64,000 nt of DNA from an uncultured Alphaproteobacteria bacterium (GTDB taxonomy: Bacteria > Pseudomonadota > Alphaproteobacteria > Micropepsales > Micropepsaceae), in contig CAVXZV010000006.1 of assembly GCA_963766355.1 (NCBI GenBank), positions 7,096-71,095 of the forward strand, in the 5' to 3' direction. The notes under the pieces were generated by a model that did no database searches, was not told where the DNA came from, and saw nothing but the letters and a program-made list of their open reading frames with translations. Positions 51,266 to 61,819 of the stretch are shown here, piece by piece. The number at the start of each line of letters is the position of its first letter. Position 1 is the stretch's first letter. The translations under genes were made by a program, and so were the position numbers.

Positions 51266-52798
51266 GTCGCCTGTGAAGAACGCGGAACGTGTTGGTACGA
51301 CGGCATTTTGAGGGCTTGAGCAAGTAATCGGTTTTGCAGGGTTTGGCAGGATGGGAACACGAAAGCTTGCAATTTCGAGGAGCATTTTGCGGATTCCGTC
51401 GGGCCTCGATCTATGATTCTTTGAGCGCATCGGGAGGACATCGATGCGGCCAGGCAAACAGGAATGGACGGGCGCTCAGGACATGTTCCGGGCGCGGCTC
51501 GATCAGATCATCAATCTCAAGCACGAGCTTGTCCGTTTGGCGGGCACGATTGATTGGTCGTGGATCGACGCGGAGTTGTCAGGCTGCTTCAGCGACGAAG
51601 GCCGCCCCGGTCTGACCACCCGCTTCATGGTCGGGCTTCTGCTCTTGAAGCACATTTACGGGCTGTCGGACGAAGAGGTCTGCGCACGCTGGGTCTACGA
51701 TCCATACTTTCAATACTTCACCGGCGAGGAGTTCTTCGCCCACGAGTTCCCTCATGAGCGCTCCGGGATGAGCCATTGGCGCAAGCGCATCGGCGGCAAG
51801 CTGGATGTGCTCTTGGCCGAAAGCCTGCGGGTGGCGCATGCGAGCGGCGCCTTGAAGACGAACGATCTGGCGCGGATCACGGTCGATACCACGGTGCAGC
51901 CCAAGAACGTGACGCATCCCACCGACGCCAAGCTGATGCTGACGGCGATCGAAAAGCTCGGCGCCCTGGCCAAGTCGCAGGGGCTGAAGCTCAGGCAATC
52001 CTATGCGCGGCTGGCCAAGCGGGCGGCGCTGATGGCGGGCCGGTACATCCATGCCAAGCAGTTCAAACGCGCCAACCGGGAATTGAGGTTCCTGCGCACC
52101 CGGCTGGGCCGGTTGATCCGCGATGTCCGGCGTAAGATCGAAGGCAACGATAGGCTGCAGGAGTTCTTTGCCGAGCCGCTCGACAAGGCCCTCAAAATCC
52201 GCTGGCAAAATCACAACCAGCGCGGCCGTAAGATTTACTCCTGGCATGCGCCGGAGACCGAGTGCATCGGCAAGGGCAAAGCTCACAAGCCTTATGAGTT
52301 CGGCGTCAAGGTCTCCGTTACCACCACCAACCGCCGCTGCAAGGGCGGCCAGTTCGTCCTCCACGCCAAGGCGCTGCCCGGTAACCCATACGACGGGCAC
52401 ACGCTGGGCGAAGTGATCGAGGAAACGCAGCAACTCACCGGACGCGAGATCGAGCGGGCCTATGTCGACAAAGGCTATCGCGGACACAATGCCCCAAAGC
52501 CACTTCGGGTCTTCACCTCCGGACAGAAGCGCGGCGTCTTCGGCGCCATCAAACGCGAACTTCGGCGCCGCTCGGCCATCGAGCCGGTGATCGGACACAT
52601 GAAGAGCGATGGCCACCTTGGCCGCAATTATCTCAAGGGCCGCCACGGCGATCACACCAACGCCGTGCTCAGCGCCGTCGGCCACAATCTCCGCCTCATA
52701 CTCAGGTGGCTGAGGCTTCTTTTGTATCTGATCCTTGCAGCAATCCGTGATGCCGTCACACCGCTATCACCCCTCAAACAGGCTTCTTAACGGACGAC
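51266..52798 (+). mobile_element. IS5-family insertion sequence (~1533 bp)
   Basis: IRs GTCGCCTGTGAAGAA / TTCTTAACGGACGAC; flanking direct repeat TAAGTA at 51260-51265 and 52799-52804 (end and TSD boundary ambiguous by 2 bp). Confidence 0.88.
51444..52790 (+). CDS. IS5-family transposase (start may be 51483)
   Basis: ITVDTTVQPKNV, GKAHKPYEFGVKV, YVDKGYRG, RRSAIEPVIGHMK. Confidence 0.92.
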   Translation: MRPGKQEWTGAQDMFRARLDQIINLKHELVRLAGTIDWSWIDAELSGCFSDEGRPGLTTRFMVGLLLLKHIYGLSDEEVCARWVYDPYFQYFTGEEFFAHEFPHERSGMSHWRKRIGGKLDVLLAESLRVAHASGALKTNDLARITVDTTVQPKNVTHPTDAKLMLTAIEKLGALAKSQGLKLRQSYARLAKRAALMAGRYIHAKQFKRANRELRFLRTRLGRLIRDVRRKIEGNDRLQEFFAEPLDKALKIRWQNHNQRGRKIYSWHAPETECIGKGKAHKPYEFGVKVSVTTTNRRCKGGQFVLHAKALPGNPYDGHTLGEVIEETQQLTGREIERAYVDKGYRGHNAPKPLRVFTSGQKRGVFGAIKRELRRRSAIEPVIGHMKSDGHLGRNYLKGRHGDHTNAVLSAVGHNLRLILRWLRLLLYLILAAIRDAVTPLSPLKQAS

Positions 52799-53153
52799 TA
52801 AGTATCTCTCGAATGTGAATAGCATCCTGTATCAGGGCCTTTTCAACGCAGCGCGCTTCTCCCGTCGGTGTGGCGCTGGGTATCCGCGAGAAACACCAGC
52901 AACGTCTGAAAAAGCATTCTTTGAAACAACTCCCAACGGCAGCATTGAGATCAAGCTCGTTAGTGGCGCCTATGCCACCGTTAAGTTTGTATCGCCGAAA
53001 GCCGCGTACTACCCCCGAGAGTACACCTTCAAAAAAGAAGGAACGAACTGGACGCTCGTTGAAGGCTTCATCATCGGAAGTTGCACTTGTGGGTAAGTCT
53101 CGACGGCCTACGCTGCACGAGCGTGATCAACCTACTGACGAACGACCGCTCGT

Positions 53154-53242
53154 GGTGCAAGTCAGGCATTACCCCCACCCGAAGCGCTCCGCGCTTCGCT
53201 CGTACGCTGGCGCTGCTCGCCCCCGCAAGGGGAAGGTGAAGG
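53154..53242. repeat. REP-like hairpin unit with 23-bp inverted partner of 50928-50950
   Basis: CCCCCACCC-stem-CTGCTCGCCCCC-gcaa-GGGGAAGG; RC of 53154-53176 matches 50928-50950 at 20/23. Confidence 0.7.
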
Positions 53243-53277
53243 TATGAGTTGGGCACGGTCATTCTGCTTCACATGTT

Positions 53278-54126
53278 CTATCGCGGCTTCGCTTTGTCGC
53301 CGGCATTCATTTCCACGGTTCCCAGCGCTTCCGCTAGCCTTGTCTTCGCACTTCCCGGCATGAGCGGTTTTTGCTGACTTTCATGTGGCGACCAGCCCGT
53401 CAAGTAGACGATATCGAAGGTCGCGCGCAGCCGCCCATCGCCATCCGCGTATTTCGCCGCGTAATGCGCTAATGCGGCTTGAAGCGTCGCGCGCGATAGT
53501 GTTCCGGCACGCCCGACGAGGGCATTGGTTTCGCCTAATAGGCGCAAATCACGGACGAGTGTTTGGAACTGACGATAATGCACCGTGGTGCGTTCCACAT
53601 CGGCCACCGGCAGGGCGAAGCCGGCGCGCTGCAGCAAACTGCCCAACTCGCGCACATCGGCAAACGGCGCCACGCGCGGCGTGATCCCGCCGAGGGTCTC
53701 GACCTCGCCGGTCGCGAAGGCGTCGCGCAACTCCGTCAGAGTTGCGCCGCCGAACAAGGCCGCCACGAACAATCCGTCCGGTTTGAGCGCGCGCCTGATT
53801 TGCAGAAGCGCTCCGGGAAGATCGTTGAGCCCGTGCAACGACAATAGGCTGACCGCCAAATCGAAAGTACCATCTGCAACGCCGAGCTTTTCGCCGCCGT
53901 CGAACGTCGCGATATTCCACTCCGCCGCAGAACCCTGCAGCATCGCGGCCGAGCGTCCATCGACCGCCAGCGCGGAGTGGAACGGCCGGTTCACGGGCGC
54001 AAGGCGGGCTTTTATTCCCTCGACCGCTTCGCGCAGCAGAAAGCGGTCGCCTTCCATGCGCAGAGCGCGGGCGCGACGCATTGCCTGGGTGCGGGGATCG
54101 AATAGCAGAGGAGGGCCGTTCGCCAT
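53278..54126 (-). CDS. SAM-dependent methyltransferase (BioC/NDUFAF5-like)
   Basis: LSLHGLNDLPGAL, LKPDGLF, PRVAPFADVRELGSLLQRAGFALPVAD; divergent from comF. Confidence 0.85.
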   Translation of the reverse strand: MANGPPLLFDPRTQAMRRARALRMEGDRFLLREAVEGIKARLAPVNRPFHSALAVDGRSAAMLQGSAAEWNIATFDGGEKLGVADGTFDLAVSLLSLHGLNDLPGALLQIRRALKPDGLFVAALFGGATLTELRDAFATGEVETLGGITPRVAPFADVRELGSLLQRAGFALPVADVERTTVHYRQFQTLVRDLRLLGETNALVGRAGTLSRATLQAALAHYAAKYADGDGRLRATFDIVYLTGWSPHESQQKPLMPGSAKTRLAEALGTVEMNAGDKAKPR

Positions 54127-54144
54127 TCGACTATATTAGCCGAC

Positions 54145-54909
54145 ATGAGCATGAGGATGGAAAGCCGTTGGAAAAAAGCGGGGCGCAAGGCCCTGAACTT
54201 GATCTTTCCGCCGCTCTGCATCGCTTGCCGTGAGCAAGTATCGGAACCGGGAAGCCTTTGTCCCAATTGCTGGCAGACGCTGCATTTTCTCGACGGGCCC
54301 GTCTGTTCCCAATGCGGATTGCCGTTCGAGTTCGATCCGGGCGGCGAAACGCTGTGCGTTGCCTGCATTGCCCACCCGCCGGCCTTCGATAAGGCGCGGG
54401 CGATCATGCGCTACGATGACGCCAGCAAAAAGCCGATCCTAGCCCTCAAACATGCCGACCGGCTGGACCTGGTTCCCTCATTCGGGCGGTGGCTGGAACG
54501 GTCGGGGCGGGAGCTTCTCGCCGGTTCCGATCTCATTGTTCCCGTGCCGCTGCATCGCTTGCGGCTCTGGATGCGGCGCTACAACCAGTCGGCCGAGCTG
54601 GCGCGCGCGCTGTCGCATATCGGCGCAATTCCGGTGGATTCCTTCGTCCTCAACCGAACCCGTCGGACACCGAGCCAGGGCGAGATGCCGTCGGCGAGTG
54701 CTCGCCGCCGCAACGTCCGCGGCGCCTTTACCGTGCCGGAGCGCTGCAAATCCGTCGTGGAGGGACGCAAAATCCTCTTGATCGACGATGTTATGACCAC
54801 GGGGGCGACCGTCAATGCCTGTGCCAAGGCACTCAAACGGGCGGGAGCGGCAAATGTTTACGTTCTGGCCTTGGCACGCGTTGTCCGACCGCTATCGGAC
54901 ACGATATAA
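54145..54909 (+). CDS. comF: ComF family amidophosphoribosyltransferase-like protein
   Basis: Double zinc ribbon, VPVPLH, RYNQS, LLIDDVMTTGAT. Confidence 0.9.
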   Translation: MSMRMESRWKKAGRKALNLIFPPLCIACREQVSEPGSLCPNCWQTLHFLDGPVCSQCGLPFEFDPGGETLCVACIAHPPAFDKARAIMRYDDASKKPILALKHADRLDLVPSFGRWLERSGRELLAGSDLIVPVPLHRLRLWMRRYNQSAELARALSHIGAIPVDSFVLNRTRRTPSQGEMPSASARRRNVRGAFTVPERCKSVVEGRKILLIDDVMTTGATVNACAKALKRAGAANVYVLALARVVRPLSDTI

Positions 54910-54938
54910 AAATCGTCACATCTGTTGCGTCCATGCCG

Positions 54939-55196
54939 ATGTCCAGAGTTCGCATCTACACGACACCCATCTGCCCATACTGCATGCGGGCAAAGGCTCT
55001 ATTCGCCAAGAAGGGTGTGCCCTTCGACGAGATCGACGTCTACATGGACGGCGATGCGCGCCAGGACATGGAAGCGCAAACCTGCGGCGCCCGCACCGTG
55101 CCGCAAATCTTTATTGGCGAGCGCCATGTCGGCGGTTGCGATGAACTCTATGAGCTGGACCGCGCGGGCGAACTCGACGTCCTGTTGGCGCAATGA
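54939..55196 (+). CDS. grxC: Glutaredoxin 3
   Basis: CPYC, TVPQIFIG, GGCDEL. Confidence 0.93.
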   Translation: MSRVRIYTTPICPYCMRAKALFAKKGVPFDEIDVYMDGDARQDMEAQTCGARTVPQIFIGERHVGGCDELYELDRAGELDVLLAQ

Positions 55197-56014
55197 CGAC
55201 ATTCAAAGCGGCCTGCGTTCAGTTGCGCTCTTCGGACGATGTTGCGGAGAACATCCGCATTGCGTCCGCCTTGATCCGCGAAGCCGCGGCCAAAGGCGCG
55301 CGCTTCATCGCCACACCGGAGAACACCACGCTGATGGCGCCGGATGGGGGCGCCAAGCTGGCGCATAGCCGTAACGAGGACGCCGATCCCGCTTTGCCGG
55401 CGTTTTGCGCGCTGGCAGAAGAATTGGGTGTGTGGCTGTTGATCGGATCGCTGGCGATCAAGGTCAGTGAAAGCAAAACCGCCAATCGATCCTTTCTGAT
55501 CGATCCGAAGGGAGCGATCGGCGCACGCTACAGCAAAATCCATTTGTTCGATGTCGATCTGCCTTCCGGCGAGAAATATCGCGAATCCAATACGGTCGAA
55601 GGCGGAAGTCTCGCGGTGACCGCCGATCTGCCTTGGGGCAAGATCGGTCTCAGCATCTGTTACGATATGCGCTTTCCGCAACTTTATCGCGCGCTGGCGC
55701 AGTCGGGCGCCTTCCTTTTCACGGCGCCGTCCGCGTTCACCGAAACCACCGGCAAAGCGCATTGGCATGTGCTGTTGCGCGCCCGCGCCATCGAGAACGG
55801 CGCCTTCGTCATCGCGCCGGCGCAGGGCGGAGCGCACGCGAACGGGCGCAAGACCTATGGCCACTCGCTGATTGTCGCGCCATGGGGCGAGATATTGGCC
55901 GAGGCCGCAAGCGATCCTTGCGTCATTATGGCGGATATCGATCCGGCGCTATCGGCAGAAGCTAGAGCCCGCATACCGAATCTCCAACACGATCGGCCTT
56001 TCGAACTATCATGA
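55193..56014 (+). CDS. Carbon-nitrogen hydrolase (Nit1/deaminated glutathione amidase-like)
   Basis: TPEN, YSKIHLFDV, SICYDMRFP, LLRARAIEN, TYGHSLIV. Confidence 0.9.
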   Translation: MTTFKAACVQLRSSDDVAENIRIASALIREAAAKGARFIATPENTTLMAPDGGAKLAHSRNEDADPALPAFCALAEELGVWLLIGSLAIKVSESKTANRSFLIDPKGAIGARYSKIHLFDVDLPSGEKYRESNTVEGGSLAVTADLPWGKIGLSICYDMRFPQLYRALAQSGAFLFTAPSAFTETTGKAHWHVLLRARAIENGAFVIAPAQGGAHANGRKTYGHSLIVAPWGEILAEAASDPCVIMADIDPALSAEARARIPNLQHDRPFELS

Positions 56015-56475
56015 GAATTTGCATCGAAAGCCCCGCTTCGCCCGCGGCGCAACTGCTCATGGCCGCGCTCGATGAAGATATCGTGTCCCGCTATCCCGGC
56101 GAGCCGACCAACGGCATCGACGCGGCGCAATTCGAAGCGTCGGGCGGCGTGTTCGTCGTGTGCTACGTCGATGACATCCCCGCCGCTTGCGGTGCGTTTC
56201 GTCCATTCGAAGGGGCTGTCGAGATCAAAAGAATGTTTGTCGCACCTGCGCTGCGCGGCCGCGGGCTGGCGCGCGCCATGCTCGACTTTTTGGAAGCGGA
56301 AGCCATCAAAAAGGGCTATGCGCGTGCGGTTTTGGAGACAGGACGCCAAATGACGGAAGCACTTGGCTTGTATCGCTCGCGCGGCTGGAAGGAGATACCC
56401 GCCTTCGGTCAGTTTGTGGGCGATCCCAAGAGCATCTGTTTCGAGAAATCTCTCGCTCCAGTGGCGAAGGGTTAA
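56011..56475 (+). CDS. GNAT N-acetyltransferase
   Basis: EIKRMFV...RGRGLA, LETG, LYRSRG. Confidence 0.85.
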   Translation: MRICIESPASPAAQLLMAALDEDIVSRYPGEPTNGIDAAQFEASGGVFVVCYVDDIPAACGAFRPFEGAVEIKRMFVAPALRGRGLARAMLDFLEAEAIKKGYARAVLETGRQMTEALGLYRSRGWKEIPAFGQFVGDPKSICFEKSLAPVAKG

Positions 56476-56540
56476 CGGCTTGCGAAGCATAGTCATTCGG
56501 CCCATCATTTGCTGTTGATCCAAAAGGCTGGCGTATCCGC

Positions 56541-56954
56541 GTGATCGTCTACAACCTCAGATGCAAAAACGGCCACGAATTCGAGGGCTGGTTCCAAAGC
56601 GGCGAGGCGTTCGACGTCCAATGCGCGCAGAGAAAACTCCTCTGCCCGATGTGCGATACGCACCAAGTCGAAAAGGCCATCATGGCGCCTGCCGTGGCCG
56701 GGACGAAAAAGAAATCCGCCAAAGACGAATTGACGAAAATGCGCCAATTCGTAACCGGCATGCGCAAATACGTCGAAGAGAATGCCGAGTATGTCGGTCC
56801 GAGCTTTCCCGAAGAGGCGCGCAAAATCCATTATGGCGAAAGCGAAGAGCGTCACATCTATGGCGAGGCGACGCTGAAGGAAGCCAAGGAATTGATCGAG
56901 GAGGGCGTCGACGTCGCGCCCCTTCCGCCCAATTTGGATGAGACGGCGAACTAA
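56541..56954 (+). CDS. DUF1178 family protein
   Basis: CKNGHEFEGWF, CPMC, KAIMAP, EYVG..FPEEARKIHYGE. Confidence 0.88.
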   Translation: MIVYNLRCKNGHEFEGWFQSGEAFDVQCAQRKLLCPMCDTHQVEKAIMAPAVAGTKKKSAKDELTKMRQFVTGMRKYVEENAEYVGPSFPEEARKIHYGESEERHIYGEATLKEAKELIEEGVDVAPLPPNLDETAN

Positions 56955-56961
56955 TTGCCTT

Positions 56962-57007
56962 CCCTCGCCCCCAAAGGGGAGAGGGAGATTCTGATCTATT
57001 TCCCCGC
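56962..57007. repeat. Hairpin plus 12-bp copy of the ubiG 3' tip
   Basis: CCCTCGCCCC-caaa-GGGGAGAGGG followed by CTATTTCCCCGC (minus strand A-G-K-stop). Confidence 0.75.
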
Positions 57008-57341
57008 ATCAGCTATCTTATCTCAGCCCGCACCAAACAAGTTACATGGGGATCCAGGTTTTCGTATCACACGATACGAGACGAAGCGTCGCTGCAAGGT
57101 CAGCCATCGGACGACCGCGGACCTAACCCATTGGGCAGAAACGTGCCACTTGAGGACATTTGTCTGGCAGGCAAACCCTAGCTGTTCCTTAATATTTCTA
57201 TCCGAGCGGTAATTAGGCCGTCAGGTCACATCCCATAGACTGGCGACAGGCTGCCGATTGTATTGTTCCGTTCTCATTAAGACGTGAAGGCTATCGTTAG
57301 AGAATACGTCCGGCCGCCGACGGGGAGGAAATTGCACGAGC

Positions 57342-58622
57342 ATGATATCGGCAGTGAAATCTGTTTCCAGAACGCTCACGAGGCAGAGAATCGCCTTTGC
57401 CGTCATTGCTGGCTTGTTCGTCATTTGGGGGCTTGCCCTTTGGCTGTACAACGCGTTGTTTTTCATGTTCGCCAATTCCTTTGCCTTCGAACCCGTACAG
57501 GTAGCGTGGGCGCTTTCGCTTTACAGCATTGCCTACTGCCTTCTTGCGATTCCGGCCGCCCTGATTCACCGTCGCTTCGGCTACAAACTGGGCTTGCTGT
57601 TCGGCTTCAATGTTTTCGTATTTGGCGCGTTTCTGCTCTATCTCGCCATTATCCAAAACAGTATCGCTTGCTTCCTGGGCGCCATCGTGATGATGGGTTC
57701 TTGCGGGACATTGTTTGACACGTCTTTAAATCCGCTGGCGGTTGAAGCTGGAAGCCCGCAAACGTCCGTGGCGAGGTTGAATCTTGCCCATGTCTTTAAC
57801 GGATTCGGCCTACTCGTCGCTTACTTCGCCGTTATTTGGTTGACCGAAAGAAACTACCACCTGTCCCCAGGGGCGGAGGCGCACTCATCTTTACGTCCAT
57901 ACGTTCTTATCGGTTTGGCAGCCATCCTGCTGGCGTACCTTTTCGAGCAGGTATCGCTTCCTGGCTTTGCCGCCAATCCCACGGAGAGAGCTTCAGACAT
58001 CCGCGGGGAACTCCGCTCTTTGTTTCGCGACAGAAACTTTCTCATCGCCGCCACGTCGTTGTGCGCCTACACAATTGTGCTGACGATTCTCTGGACCTCG
58101 AACTACAATTACCGTGTGCATGAATTGCCGGGACACAGCGTCGGGCTCATTGAAAGAGGGCCCATCTGGTTCGTGATCGGACGGTGCGTTGGGACCGCAT
58201 TCATGCGTTGGATTGATCCAACCCGTCTGCTGCAGTGGACCACCGGCCTGTGCCTGATCGCGATCGCGATAACGGCAGCGGCAGGCGGCATGGTAGGCTG
58301 GGTGTGCCTGCTTTCCGCCAGTCTATTCCTGTCTATCATGTTCCCGACCGTTTTTGGTTCGGCAATCTGCCGACACCGGACTCGCATGAAACTTGCCGCA
58401 GGTGTTTTGGTGGCAGCGGCCGGCTTTGGCAACGCGCTGTCGGCGCTGTTTGTCGCACTGGCATTGCACGCACTGCACATAGACGCTCGAATAGTCATTC
58501 TCCTGGCTTTGCCGTTTCTGGCAATCATCCTGATTTATTCATTGGTGCAGCACTCGGGTCACAAGCGGGCACGCAACACCGAGCAACATGCAGTGACGCA
58601 GGCCAATGAGATTCTCATTTGA
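57342..58622 (+). CDS. MFS transporter, divergent FucP/GluP-like
   Basis: About 12 TM; RFGYKLG, DTSLNPL, RLNLAHVFNGFG, LSIMFPTVF. Confidence 0.78.
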   Translation: MISAVKSVSRTLTRQRIAFAVIAGLFVIWGLALWLYNALFFMFANSFAFEPVQVAWALSLYSIAYCLLAIPAALIHRRFGYKLGLLFGFNVFVFGAFLLYLAIIQNSIACFLGAIVMMGSCGTLFDTSLNPLAVEAGSPQTSVARLNLAHVFNGFGLLVAYFAVIWLTERNYHLSPGAEAHSSLRPYVLIGLAAILLAYLFEQVSLPGFAANPTERASDIRGELRSLFRDRNFLIAATSLCAYTIVLTILWTSNYNYRVHELPGHSVGLIERGPIWFVIGRCVGTAFMRWIDPTRLLQWTTGLCLIAIAITAAAGGMVGWVCLLSASLFLSIMFPTVFGSAICRHRTRMKLAAGVLVAAAGFGNALSALFVALALHALHIDARIVILLALPFLAIILIYSLVQHSGHKRARNTEQHAVTQANEILI

Positions 58623-58714
58623 GTTTGCGGCGCGCCGAGAGCAGGCACTACCGAGTGATCGATTTTGGCCCGAGGCTGCCGTAGCACCCCAACGGGGGCG
58701 AGGGAGAATCTGAT

Positions 58715-58998
58715 TTATTTCCCCGCCACCACCATGTAATTCACATCCGTATCGCCGGACTGTTTCCGCTGCCATGCCAAGGGATCGAAGCTCACGCCTT
58801 GCGCCTTCAGCACATGTAGGCCGGCGTCTTCGAGCAATTCCCGAAGCCGGCGAGGTTCGACAAAGCGGCTCCAGTCATGGGTGCCGCGCGGCAGCCAGCG
58901 CAGCAAATATTCCGCACCGATCTTTGCCAGCGCCAGCGACTTGAGAGTCTTGTTCAACGTTGCGACGAACATCAAGCCGCCGGGCTTGCCCAGCCGCC
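58715..58998 (-). pseudogene. Duplicated ubiG 3' end (284 bp)
   Basis: Aligns with 63079-63362; about 33 mismatches by manual count (~88%), mostly third-position. Confidence 0.9.
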
Positions 58999-59015
58999 AG
59001 TGTGAACGGGGCGGG

Positions 59016-59888
59016 CTAAATGCACTCAAATTGATCCAAAACGCCATCCGGTCGACGGTGCAAGGAACACAAACGCTCGCCGTTCTCAAATTCGACCGTG
59101 TAAATGCTGGACGGATTGTCACTGTAGACGGGGCTTCCGCCATCAGGCGACCAGCCTATGATCGGAAAATACTGGTTGACATAGACCACCGATACGATTT
59201 TTCCCAACGGACGTAGATCGTCTGGTGTCAAAAACGCAAATAGCTGCTTTTCTACATCAACTGGCAGAGGCACTACCGCTGGACTCGACAAAACATAGTG
59301 CGGCTTGGTGTAGGCCTCGGTAACATGCCCATCAGCCATTTCCTCCAACAGACGCCTCAGAAACGCGGATTGCCCGCCAGTGTCCGCAATGTTGTCGGAT
59401 AACACCGGTTTCGTGATCGTCATGGGCGCCCAGTTTTCGTGCAGCCGCCCGTCGCAGACCACGCCGAGATGTCCGAAAATCTCGGTCTTGGATTGCAGGT
59501 GACCGCGGAACGTCCAACGGCAACCCGAAGTGTTCCCCCAAACCACTTTCCAGGAAAGCACGACCAGCCCGCCCGCGTCGAGCGCTGCCCGCGATTCCCG
59601 CTCCGTGGTCTCAAAGCAGTTGAAACTGAATCCGGGCTCCGCAAGTCCTAGGCGGCAGTACATTTCCGGACCCATCATTTTGAAGAAGGCCCCATTCGAC
59701 CACAAAAGCGCCCGGCGCTCGTGCGGAGGAAATCGCCAAATGCCCGGAAGGACATTATTGGCCTCAACCATTACACGTTCAAGATCACCAGATGTAGCGC
59801 TTTCAGCCATGGCTGCCTCGCAGACAGCCATAGCTGAACAGACTACCGACAGCACGGCGGCTGCCGCTGTGTGGAATGCGCGTTTCAT
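59016..59888 (-). CDS. Hypothetical secreted protein
   Basis: Signal peptide MKRAFHTAAAAVLSVVCSAMA; lower GC; Cys-containing; no family recognised. Confidence 0.6.
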   Translation of the reverse strand: MKRAFHTAAAAVLSVVCSAMAVCEAAMAESATSGDLERVMVEANNVLPGIWRFPPHERRALLWSNGAFFKMMGPEMYCRLGLAEPGFSFNCFETTERESRAALDAGGLVVLSWKVVWGNTSGCRWTFRGHLQSKTEIFGHLGVVCDGRLHENWAPMTITKPVLSDNIADTGGQSAFLRRLLEEMADGHVTEAYTKPHYVLSSPAVVPLPVDVEKQLFAFLTPDDLRPLGKIVSVVYVNQYFPIIGWSPDGGSPVYSDNPSSIYTVEFENGERLCSLHRRPDGVLDQFECI

Positions 59889-60149
59889 GGAACCCTCAGT
59901 CACATTTAATGCGTTCAGACGACACATAGCAAGGCGCCGGTATTTGGATGGCCAATGTTGGTGCATTTGTGACGCAACAGGCACTAGTAATTCGGCGCCA
60001 CATCCGAACGCAAAAACGATGTCCGGCTCGAGCTGCGCAAGGAAATCTGCCGGACGCCCTGCGATATGCGCACTTGCGGCCGGGCAGGTGTCAAACCTAG
60101 GCTGGCCCGCCATCGTCTTGTGCCATCTTGGGCGCCAAAGGGGGAAGTC

Positions 60150-61523
60150 GTGAAGAACCAATGCATGCGGATCGTATTTGTTGCGGCGTTGTCGGGTTGT
60201 CTTTTGCCGCCGAACCTTGCAGTCGCTGCCGACCCCGCCTCAACCCAGCGACCTATGCTTGACAATGCGCAGGACCTTTTGCCCTTTTACCTCCCCAATC
60301 CTGCGTATTTGCGCGCGGAGGAGCAGCGGAAAGCAGGGGGGCATGACAACATCGAGGCGGCCGCGGCTTTGCTGTTGAGCAAAGCGTATGACGATCTGAA
60401 ATCCAAGAGCTGGACAGACGCGATATCGAAATGCAAGGAGGCTGGATCGCTTGCCGGTCTCTCGGATTTCGACAAGTTCTTGGTCAACTACTTCCTTGGA
60501 ATCGCCTATTACCGTCTGGGCGACACCGAGAATGCAGCAGCCTCGTACTACGCGGCAGCGCAGTTTTCTGGTGTGCGGGCGGACATGCGCACCACGGCCA
60601 TCCTGAGCGCCGCCCAGCTCGAGAACGACACCAAGCATCCGGACAAAGTCGCCATTCTTGTCAAGATGGCGGACACCGCCGGCATCGCCGACGAGAAAAT
60701 CTACGACCTCGGTGCTATCGCCTATTACGACAGCGGCAACGACGCGGAAGCGAGAACGATGGCCGACAAAGCGATAAGCCAAGCGACGAAATCCGGCCAT
60801 GGAGCGTCGCGCATCGGCTGCCAGATCGCGCTCATGGCGGAAGTTCGCCAAATGGATCTCGCCGCATTAAATCGCACGCTCAAAACAAGGTGCTCACAAT
60901 TCGGCGACAGCAAGGATTGGGGTCATCTGATCGACGTAGGTCTGGGTTCTCTGCGCCAAGGGGCATCTGATGAAGAGTCCGTCGATGTTGCGGCGTTCTA
61001 TATGTACCGGTTGCGCCTCCTCACCGATGCCGAATCCGGCAGCAACGACTATCTGATGGCGGCTGAGGCCGGCATCGACTTCGACACACCTGGCGATACG
61101 TATCTCGCCATCCGAACGGCGCACAAGCGCGGTCTGTTGAACGGCAATGTGCAGGCAAGCGCGATGCTTGCCATAGCGGACGAACAGGCGGCCAAAGATG
61201 GGCGCGCGGTGGCGGAGGCCAGGGCGAAAGACGGCGGTGCGCTGGTAGCGATTGGAGAACGTCAATTCGGTTACGGGCGCTATACGGACGCAATCCGCCT
61301 TGCGCGCGCCGCCTTGTCGAAAGGCGGCGGCAATACCGCTCATGCCCTCATGCTGTTGGGCGCGGCTCAAGTCATGAACGGCGAAAGCACGGCGGGAGCC
61401 GCAACGCTCGCGGGCATCTCCGGCGATCCAGCGATGGCGAAAGCGGCTCACTTGTGGTTGATCTACGCGACACAAACATACGGCCAGTCCGGTCCTTCCG
61501 CGGCAGCGACACCCCATTTGTGA
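60150..61523 (+). CDS. Secreted TPR-like helical protein
   Basis: Signal peptide; YFLGIAYYRLGD and similar TPR-like helices. Confidence 0.7.
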   Translation: MKNQCMRIVFVAALSGCLLPPNLAVAADPASTQRPMLDNAQDLLPFYLPNPAYLRAEEQRKAGGHDNIEAAAALLLSKAYDDLKSKSWTDAISKCKEAGSLAGLSDFDKFLVNYFLGIAYYRLGDTENAAASYYAAAQFSGVRADMRTTAILSAAQLENDTKHPDKVAILVKMADTAGIADEKIYDLGAIAYYDSGNDAEARTMADKAISQATKSGHGASRIGCQIALMAEVRQMDLAALNRTLKTRCSQFGDSKDWGHLIDVGLGSLRQGASDEESVDVAAFYMYRLRLLTDAESGSNDYLMAAEAGIDFDTPGDTYLAIRTAHKRGLLNGNVQASAMLAIADEQAAKDGRAVAEARAKDGGALVAIGERQFGYGRYTDAIRLARAALSKGGGNTAHALMLLGAAQVMNGESTAGAATLAGISGDPAMAKAAHLWLIYATQTYGQSGPSAAATPHL

Positions 61524-61819
61524 AGCTGTCGATCGTCCGTCGTTCCGAGACTTTGTCTTTGACAAGCCCCAAAAGGTCCGCTTCGGCGATCACAGAGGCG
61601 TGCTTTTGAAACATCGGCATGGTCGCCCCCGACAGCGCAACGAGCCCTAAACGGAAGCGGCGCGAATGGCGAGTTCTCGTCCTCTTGCGAAGGAGAACGG
61701 ATTACCGCTTTCGGGCTGACTTTTGCCGCTCGATCGAGGCCCGCCTCGCGCCAAGAGTTGCCGTTCGCGGCGCCGACTTGCTCGTGTATACTTCGTGGTG
61801 TCTGAATAGGTGAATCTCA

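Larger units (their letters stand above)
51024..53096 (+). pseudogene. Secreted hypothetical protein (~177 aa) interrupted by IS5
   Basis: Removing the IS rejoins ...AQVRK-YLSN-VNSILYQG...GSCTCG in frame. Confidence 0.8.

Noticed and set aside
58715-59143. 142-aa ORF as a real chimeric gene
   Set aside because: It is the ubiG fragment with an incidental upstream frame overlapping the neighbouring CDS.
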